DNA of 12,761 bases from Methanobacteriota archaeon (GTDB taxonomy: Archaea; Halobacteriota; Methanosarcinia; Methanosarcinales; Methanogasteraceae), in NCBI GenBank assembly GCA_034658575.1, contig JAYEFK010000240.1:1-12761 (forward strand), in the 5' to 3' direction. The notes under the pieces were generated by a model, which did no database searches, was not told the DNA's origin, and saw nothing but the letters and a program-made list of their open reading frames with translations. Positions 5,182-11,309 of the stretch are shown piece by piece; the first letter of the stretch is position 1; each line of letters begins with the position of its first letter. The translations under genes were made by a program, and so were the position numbers.

Positions 5182-6405
5182 ATGGATTATGATGTCGTTG
5201 TGGTCGGCGCCGGACCTGCGGGCTGTCTGGCAGCGAAGTACGCCGCAAAAAACGGAGCGAAAACACTAATCATCGAGGAACACGCATCCATCGGGTCGCC
5301 TGTGCAGTGTGCAGGTCTGCTGAGTACGAGCGCGATCCGGGAGTGTGAAGTCGTTCCAGACAAGGGGTTTCACCCGATCACAGGCGCGTTTGTGTGTGCG
5401 CCCGACGGGAGCAGGATCCGCATATCGGGAGGCGAGATCAAGGCGTACGTGGTCGACCGCCGGATATTTGACCGCACGCTCGCAGAGAATGCGATCCGTT
5501 CAGGCGCAGATATTCTCATGCGCACGCGGGCGGTCGGTATCGGTACCGGCACGGGAACTCGTGAACACCGGAGGATTCTCCACGTCGCAATCGAAGGCGA
5601 GCCGGACGTGATCGAGGCTGATGTGGTCATCGGGGCGGACGGGGTACAGAGCCATATCGCACGGTGGGCTGGTCTCGATACGCCGGACATGGTTCTCTCT
5701 GGCGCACAGGTCAGCACGGTCTACGACTTCGATGATCCCGAATTTGTCGAGATATTCCCTGGATCGTGCGCTCCCGGATTCTTTGCATGGGCGATCCCGT
5801 ACCACGGTAGCGCACGCATCGGGCTTGCAGTCCGACCGGGGTCGGGGTCGGCATTGGGCACGGGATCGGAAGTGAGGCATGAGTCTGCGTATGCTCATCT
5901 GAAACGGCTGATCGCAGAGCACCCGGTCGTATCCGGAAAGTGCGCTCCCGGAATCGCAGGCATCGCGCTTGGTGGGATCCCGATCAGTGTGCCGCAGCAA
6001 ACGGCAGCCGATGGCGTGCTGATCGTTGGCGATGCCGCGGGGCAGGTCAAGCCGACGTCAGGCGGAGGCGTGTATCCCGGGGCTGTGTGCGCAAAGATCG
6101 CGGGAAAGATAGCAGCAGACGCTGTTCTGGAGGGGGACACATCTGTCAGGCGGCTCTCCGAATACGATAAACTCTGGAGAGCCCGGATCGGGAGGGAACT
6201 TGCGATCGGAAGGAGGATTAACGGATGGATGGCGCGTCTTTCTGATTCCGAGATCAACCGGCTGATTGGGGTGCTGGATGATGATGAGTTGCTGGATCTG
6301 ATCACGAGATACGGGGATATGGATCATCCGTCTGTTGTCGTCCGGAAACTCCTGATGAACAGGAAGAGCATGGGTGCTTTCCTGAAGATGGTTCTGATGA
6401 GGTGA
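5182..6405 (+). CDS. Geranylgeranyl reductase family flavoprotein (archaeal lipid saturation type)
   Basis: It has the N-terminal FAD fold YDVVVVGAGPAGCLAAKYAAKNG, then RRIFDRTLAENA, GADGVQSHIAR and GDAAGQVKPTSGGG, typical of the GGR/ChlP family. An SD ggag lies 5 nt upstream. Confidence 0.85.
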   Translation: MDYDVVVVGAGPAGCLAAKYAAKNGAKTLIIEEHASIGSPVQCAGLLSTSAIRECEVVPDKGFHPITGAFVCAPDGSRIRISGGEIKAYVVDRRIFDRTLAENAIRSGADILMRTRAVGIGTGTGTREHRRILHVAIEGEPDVIEADVVIGADGVQSHIARWAGLDTPDMVLSGAQVSTVYDFDDPEFVEIFPGSCAPGFFAWAIPYHGSARIGLAVRPGSGSALGTGSEVRHESAYAHLKRLIAEHPVVSGKCAPGIAGIALGGIPISVPQQTAADGVLIVGDAAGQVKPTSGGGVYPGAVCAKIAGKIAADAVLEGDTSVRRLSEYDKLWRARIGRELAIGRRINGWMARLSDSEINRLIGVLDDDELLDLITRYGDMDHPSVVVRKLLMNRKSMGAFLKMVLMR

Positions 6406-6446
6406 GGCTGGTCAACTTGCTGCAACTGTTCAAACGGCACAATCGG

Positions 6447-6584
6447 AAAATCCAGTGAAATCACTATATCATTAAATTTTACCGCAGAGTATGCGGAGAA
6501 CTCAGAGGCGTCAGAAAACCAAAGCGATGATTGGAACGGTGTTAAAACTCTGCTCCCTCTGCGGTGATAAATCACTGGATTTTT
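6447..6584. repeat. Nested inverted repeats forming a long imperfect hairpin in the GGR/grpE-like intergenic region
   Basis: The outer pair aaaatccagtga (6447-6458) / tcactggatttt (6572-6583) is 12 bp and perfect. The inner pair accgcagag (6481-6489) / ctctgcggt (6557-6565) is 9 bp and perfect. Confidence 0.7.
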
Positions 6585-6615
6585 AGACAGTACCCTGAAA
6601 ACACACACTCGCAAG

Positions 6616-6625
6616 ATATTTAAAT
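6616..6625 (+). promoter_or_regulatory. Putative TATA box (atatttaaat) for the grpE-like operon
   Basis: The TTTAWATA-like element ends 25 nt upstream of the ATG at 6650, and no SD lies between them, so the transcript is probably leaderless. Confidence 0.5.
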
Positions 6626-6649
6626 CGATCACGCCCACATCATTACAAG

Positions 6650-8170
6650 ATGCGGAACGATGGCAAAGAGAATGATGCTGGAGAGGCTGTGACAAACGAG
6701 ATTATAGTGGTTTCGAAGAAGGAGATGGACGAGAAGGACGAGCTGATCGCATCCCTGAAGGTTAAAGCCGAGAAGATGAAATCCGACTTTGTGCGGTACA
6801 AAGAGCGGACTCAAAACGAAGGCGAAGAGATACGGAGGAAAACATCCGGCGAATTGGTCCGGCAGTTGCTGATCGTCGCTGACACGCTTGAACGTGCTGT
6901 ATATAGCTATGAGAGGGGCGCCGGGGGGGTGGGTGAGTGCGAGGTCGTGGACAGGATGGTAGAGGGGACACGAAGCAGCATGGAGATGACCTACAATCAG
7001 TTGCTGGACGCGTCAGGGGTCGTTCCGATCGCACCATCAGCAGGTGAACGGTTCGATGATGAACTGCACACCGCAATAGAGACCGCGCAAGATCCTCTTC
7101 TTCCGGACAAGACCATTCTGTCCCTTGTCCGGAAAGGATATATGCTGAACAACGAGTTGATCCGACCGGCTGAGGTGATCATCTCCAGAGGCGGCGGCGA
7201 ACCTGTAGAAGGGGGGCAGGACGGAGATACCGACAGAGGGAAGAGAACACGAGAAGCAAAGCCCGGAACGATGATGTCGCGATTTATGCGGCGTTTTGTG
7301 AAGAGGTCGCTTGAAGTGGAGTTGAAGGAGATCGCGGAGAGAGAACAGAAATTGGGGGAGCGCGCACGTGAATTGGTCCGTAACGAGGAAATACTCAGAA
7401 CTTCGGTCAAAGAACTTGACCGGCGAGAGAATGAATTTAAAAAAATAGAAGAAGAATGGACAAAAAGAAAAGGAGAAGCAGAATCGGGAGTTCTTGATTT
7501 AGAACAACGCAGAGAAGTGTTGGAAGCCGAGATCAGGGAATCAAAGAGACAATTATCCGCCATCACTGATGCTCTCAATGAACAGAGGGTTAATGAGGAT
7601 AAGATCGTTGTTGAGAGCATTGCGCTTGGCAGATATAACGTTGAGCTATCAGAAGAGCGGGGAAAGTTGTCAAACCAGATAGATGAGATGGAAGGAAAAA
7701 GGGAAGCGCTTAATTATGAATTGACGGATATGGGCGAACGAAGAGCATGGAACATCGAAGAGCAGTCAAAGATGGAGCAAAAAACAGCAGGGCTCGATGA
7801 AAAGTTGTCCATGTCAGAAAATGAGTTACAAAAAGCAAAAGAACTGGTAAATGCGGAATCAGAGGTGGTTCGCGAGCTTGTGCAGCGCAAAGAATCGCTG
7901 GCAGCAGAGATAGAAGAAACAGAGAGGGTGCTGGAGATCGCTTACGAGAATCTGGATGAGCTGGACGGCAGGAAAGATAAATTGGTCATCGAAAGCATCG
8001 CCCTCCACCGGTACAACGAGGCGCTGTTAGAAGAGCGTGGGGAACTGCTAAACGAGATTGAAGTAGGTGCGGAGGACACGAGTGAAGTAGAAGAAGATGT
8101 CGGAGAAGATATGGATGAAGAAAAAAAGAAGAAATCCGCATTTACAATATCCACACCATTCTGGTGCTGA
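6650..8170 (+). CDS. grpE: GrpE-domain nucleotide exchange factor fused to a long C-terminal coiled coil with an acidic tail
   Basis: The first ~185 aa show the GrpE pattern (KSDFVRYKERTQNE...LLIVADTLERAV...FDDELHTAIE...VRKGYMLNNELIRPAEVIIS). About 310 further aa are E/K/R/L-rich heptad-like sequence containing a duplicated module. Confidence 0.8.
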   Translation: MRNDGKENDAGEAVTNEIIVVSKKEMDEKDELIASLKVKAEKMKSDFVRYKERTQNEGEEIRRKTSGELVRQLLIVADTLERAVYSYERGAGGVGECEVVDRMVEGTRSSMEMTYNQLLDASGVVPIAPSAGERFDDELHTAIETAQDPLLPDKTILSLVRKGYMLNNELIRPAEVIISRGGGEPVEGGQDGDTDRGKRTREAKPGTMMSRFMRRFVKRSLEVELKEIAEREQKLGERARELVRNEEILRTSVKELDRRENEFKKIEEEWTKRKGEAESGVLDLEQRREVLEAEIRESKRQLSAITDALNEQRVNEDKIVVESIALGRYNVELSEERGKLSNQIDEMEGKREALNYELTDMGERRAWNIEEQSKMEQKTAGLDEKLSMSENELQKAKELVNAESEVVRELVQRKESLAAEIEETERVLEIAYENLDELDGRKDKLVIESIALHRYNEALLEERGELLNEIEVGAEDTSEVEEDVGEDMDEEKKKKSAFTISTPFWC

Positions 8171-8186
8171 AAACAGGTGATATAAC

Positions 8187-9962
8187 ATGCAAAGAGAAAT
8201 AATCGGGATCGATTTCGGTACGACGAACTCAGGGATAGCGTTCATCGAATTCGACGAGCCAACAATCATAGAGAACAACGAAAACGAGCGAGTCACTCCG
8301 TCTGTTGTGTATTTTAAGGAGGGGGGAGATGTTGTGGTCGGAAGCGCTGCAAAGCGTAACATCATCGCAAGCCCGGAGCGGACTGTTGCGTCGATCAAGA
8401 GGCAGATGGGCACCGACCACAAGGTGCAGATCGGCAAGGAGCCATATCCGCCAGAGTACGTGGCAGCGCACATCATCAAAAAACTTGTCTCCGATGCTGA
8501 GAAGCGAATCGGGACGCAGATCACGGACGTTATAATAACGGTGCCCGCATATTTCATGGACTCGCAGCGGCAGGCAGTCAAGGACGCTGGCGAGATCGCG
8601 GGCTTGAATGTGCGCGGGATCCTAAACGAGCCGACCGCCGCCGCACTAGCGTTCGGATTTGAGGATGAAGGCGAGGAACGCAGAATCCTTGTCTACGACT
8701 TCGGCGGTGGCACGTTCGATGTTTCAATCCTCTCGATCGGGGACGGGTTCTACGATGTCGATGCAACGAGTGGCGACAACCATCTCGGTGGCGATGACAT
8801 CGATTCACGGATCGAGGAGTTTATCATCGATAAAATAATAGAAAAGCACAAAATAGATCTTAGAAGTAAGAAGAATGGAGATAGATCAGTGCTTCAGTCG
8901 GTCCGGGAAGAAGCCGAGCGTGTGAAGATCGAACTGTCTGATAAAGAGCGCGCGACCATCAATTTACCATACCTGAGTAAGAGCAAGCAGGGCTCGCCAA
9001 TTACGTTTAGCTACACCCTGACAAGGCAGGAATTCAACGAACTCATCTTCGATTTCATCGAACGGACACGAAATCCGATGAAACAAGCGCTCGACGATGC
9101 TGCGCTTCATCCGGACGAGATCGATAATATACTCATGGTTGGCGGGACCACGTACATACCCGCGGTGCAGGAGTTTGTGCGCGACTTCTTTGGCAAGGAA
9201 CCAGAGCACAAGATCGACCCGATCGAGGTGGTCTCGCTCGGAGCGGCGGTTGCTACCCTGAAAGACGGCGTCAAAGAGAATGATGAGAAAGGCAGGGAAA
9301 AAGAGGGGGAAAAAGGAATATCCGGAACGATAAGACGACCTGTTGAGATAAGTGATGTCGCCTCCCGTTCTATCGGAGTTTCAGTTGCAGACGGGACTGT
9401 TTCAAAGATCATTTCAAGGAACACAAAGATTCCGGTCATACAGGCGAAGCCGTTTACGAACGCAGGAGATTATGGGGACGAGGTGATAATCGAGGTGTAC
9501 CAGGGAGAGAGCCTGTATCCGGAGGAGGGTGGCTATCTTGGCGAGTTCTGGATAGATATTGAGCCAAAACCCGTGGGCGAATCGGAGATCGATGTCACTT
9601 TTGCGATCGGGGAGGAGTTTGGCATCTTGCATGTAACTGCAAAGGATCATGACTCTGGCAATGAGCGGACCGTGAAGATGGAGGCTGTAGGCAGGCTCAC
9701 AAAGAGAGAAAAAAACAAGTGGATGCGAAAGATGCTAAATACATACGCAATCGAAGTAACGGTTGAAAATATCGATACACGGGATGTTCTGGACTATTAC
9801 CTCAATCCAAGCGCGACTATCCATGATGTGAGGCGGGACCTTATGAAGAAAGGTATCTTGAGTGAAGGGATGGGCATCTTCTACGATGATGAAGCGCTCG
9901 ATGATGAATCCCTGGTCCGGGACCTGGATATAACAGACGGTTCGACGCTGGAATTAAAATGA
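8187..9962 (+). CDS. dnaK: Non-canonical Hsp70/DnaK-family ATPase with a C-terminal ubiquitin-like domain in place of the helical lid
   Basis: Hsp70 motifs are present: GIDFGTTNS, VPAYFMDSQRQAVKDAGEIAGL, NEPTAAALAFG, DFGGGTFDVS and LMVGGTTYIPAVQEFV. A beta-sandwich SBD-like region follows (RSIGVSV...IPV...EVYQGES...IDVTFAI...ILHVTAKD). The last ~70 aa are ubiquitin-like. An SD aggtga lies 6 nt upstream. Confidence 0.85.
   Translation: MQREIIGIDFGTTNSGIAFIEFDEPTIIENNENERVTPSVVYFKEGGDVVVGSAAKRNIIASPERTVASIKRQMGTDHKVQIGKEPYPPEYVAAHIIKKLVSDAEKRIGTQITDVIITVPAYFMDSQRQAVKDAGEIAGLNVRGILNEPTAAALAFGFEDEGEERRILVYDFGGGTFDVSILSIGDGFYDVDATSGDNHLGGDDIDSRIEEFIIDKIIEKHKIDLRSKKNGDRSVLQSVREEAERVKIELSDKERATINLPYLSKSKQGSPITFSYTLTRQEFNELIFDFIERTRNPMKQALDDAALHPDEIDNILMVGGTTYIPAVQEFVRDFFGKEPEHKIDPIEVVSLGAAVATLKDGVKENDEKGREKEGEKGISGTIRRPVEISDVASRSIGVSVADGTVSKIISRNTKIPVIQAKPFTNAGDYGDEVIIEVYQGESLYPEEGGYLGEFWIDIEPKPVGESEIDVTFAIGEEFGILHVTAKDHDSGNERTVKMEAVGRLTKREKNKWMRKMLNTYAIEVTVENIDTRDVLDYYLNPSATIHDVRRDLMKKGILSEGMGIFYDDEALDDESLVRDLDITDGSTLELK
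9750..9959 (+). other. Ubiquitin-like (beta-grasp) domain at the Hsp70 C-terminus; no terminal Gly-Gly
   Basis: IEVTVENIDTRDVLDYYLNPSATIHDVRRDLMKKGILSEGMGIFYDDEALDDESLVRDLDITDGSTLELK lines up with ubiquitin [70 protein letters not shown] at the hallmark hydrophobic and PS.TI..V positions. Confidence 0.6.
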
Positions 9963-11122
9963 GAAAAGCAAAGAAGTCAAAGGCGAAGAAGGCAGAGATC
10001 TCGGAAGAGGAGCTGGCATATAACGAGTGGATGCAGCTCTTCGCCTGTGACGACCCGTATTGGAAATTCCCGACGCGATATGTGGATTTTTCGCGGCTGA
10101 TAGGGCATGGAAAAAGAATGGAAAGTTTTGAAGAACAGTATTCAGACTGCATCGAGGATCTCCTGTTAGGGGTTCCAACGTATTATTGCGTGCTCTGTGT
10201 CTCGAAGAACGACCCGCCTGATGTGATCAAGGAGGCATACCAGCGAAAGATCGAACACTCCACGTATCCTGATGATGTGATCGAAAGAGCCTGCGAGACG
10301 TTAAGCGACAGGAAAAAGCGTTCCGACTATGAGGAGATTTTGCGCCTTTTTCTGAAGCTCATGCAGGGATACAGTGCGAAAGATAAGCGGGAGCTGGTAG
10401 AAGAGCATGATGAATGGATAGAAGATGAGAAAGATTATGCTACAGTGAATTACCTTATGAAGCATCGCGGTGCATGGCTTAACCTCTATCACCTCGGTGC
10501 ACCTACGTTCTACGAGCTTCTTGGTGTGGATCAGGTGAAATTGAAGCCGGAGGAAGTAGTGCAATGTAAAAATGATGGTGTGGACAAGAGATTGGTAGAA
10601 GACGTCTGTAGTGTACTGAACAATCCGCAGTTGAGGTTCGAATACGATTTTATGCTTTGCAGGGCGGATGAAATTCTGCCGGTGGATTATCTGATGGGCG
10701 GCGAAAGCAGTAAACCAGTGTGGAAGGGGGACGATCGCTCGTATCTGGTGGCGCTTAGATGTTATGAAGGCGTAAACAAGCAGGACCTGATTATGAATGA
10801 ACACATTGATTGGGTAGACTACATCGGCGATAAAACGTTTTACGATGTGTTGACCATCGACAGGGATTCGATTCCAGAGGATAAACGAGAAGCAGAGAGA
10901 TTTATCAGGAATGTGTACAAGGGATTGGAACGGACACCAGAGGTCAATCGTGCGTACAGCGTTTTAAAAAATTTTAGGATGAGGGCTGACTATGATTGGA
11001 TGTTGAAGCAGAATGCAATAATTGATGCGCTGAAGGGGATCGCTATGACTGAGCCGGACGATACGACCTTAGATAAGCTGCTAGATAAGATGCTAGAACT
11101 GTCGGATGCGGACAGGGAGTGA
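9959..11122 (+). CDS. Protein with three tandem degenerate J-like domains (no HPD, no Zn finger, no G/F region)
   Basis: J1 is TYYCVLCVSKNDPPDVIKEAYQRKIEHSTYPDDVIERACETLSDRKKRSDYEEIL. J2 is TFYELLGVDQ...LVEDVCSVLNNPQLRFEYDFML. J3 is TFYDVLTIDRDS...VNRAYSVLKNFRMRADYDWML. The ATG at 9959 overlaps the Hsp70 stop (ATGA). Confidence 0.65.
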   Translation: MRKAKKSKAKKAEISEEELAYNEWMQLFACDDPYWKFPTRYVDFSRLIGHGKRMESFEEQYSDCIEDLLLGVPTYYCVLCVSKNDPPDVIKEAYQRKIEHSTYPDDVIERACETLSDRKKRSDYEEILRLFLKLMQGYSAKDKRELVEEHDEWIEDEKDYATVNYLMKHRGAWLNLYHLGAPTFYELLGVDQVKLKPEEVVQCKNDGVDKRLVEDVCSVLNNPQLRFEYDFMLCRADEILPVDYLMGGESSKPVWKGDDRSYLVALRCYEGVNKQDLIMNEHIDWVDYIGDKTFYDVLTIDRDSIPEDKREAERFIRNVYKGLERTPEVNRAYSVLKNFRMRADYDWMLKQNAIIDALKGIAMTEPDDTTLDKLLDKMLELSDADRE

Positions 11123-11158
11123 CTTACCCGGATTCCCACGTATGGTCCAACGATGTGG

Positions 11159-11164
11159 TTTTTT
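11159..11164 (+). terminator. Oligo-T tract (tttttt), a possible archaeal intrinsic terminator after the chaperone operon
   Basis: A run of six T begins 37 nt after the J-like gene stop. Archaeal RNAP terminates at oligo-T tracts. Confidence 0.4.
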
Positions 11165-11172
11165 GGTAAGGA

Positions 11173-11232
11173 GGTTTAACCTGACTTGGGTTATTTTGTG
11201 ACAGTTCCTTATTTGTGCGGTTACCTGACTTG
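11173..11232 (+). promoter_or_regulatory. Direct repeats upstream of the SNF2-like gene (candidate regulator-binding sites)
   Basis: ggtttaacctgacttg (11173-11188) and ggttacctgacttg (11219-11232) flank ttattttgtg / ttatttgtg. Confidence 0.35.
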
Positions 11233-11309
11233 AGAGCGGTCATCCGGATCAGGTTTATGACGAGAAGATCAGATTACCATCAGTATACCTATCGAAAGGA
11301 GTGCGCATA

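Noticed and set aside
5345-6327. Alternative-frame and antisense ORFs inside the geranylgeranyl reductase gene: 5345-5611+, 5370-5717-, 5500-6000-, 5621-5875+, 5895-6305-, 5940-6170+ and 6058-6327-.
   Set aside because: The 5182-6405 frame carries unambiguous FAD-binding and GGR motifs. The others are typical shadow ORFs of a GC-rich gene.
6762-8581. Minus-strand ORFs antisense to the GrpE-like and Hsp70-like genes (6762-7076, 6997-7620, 7942-8154, 8048-8581, 8229-8471).
   Set aside because: Their Ser/Leu/Phe-rich translations are the mirror image of GAA/GAG/AAG-rich coiled-coil coding sequence. The 8048-8581 ORF crosses the grpE/hsp70 intergenic SD. None has start-site signals.
6650-11122. 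Reading the operon as the ordinary housekeeping grpE-dnaK-dnaJ locus.
   Set aside because: The J-like protein lacks HPD, the G/F region and CxxCxGxG zinc fingers. The Hsp70 lacks the helical lid and ends in a ubiquitin-like segment. The GrpE is about 2.5x normal length. It is therefore kept as Hsp70-family but flagged as non-canonical. Only the whole genome can show whether a canonical locus also exists.
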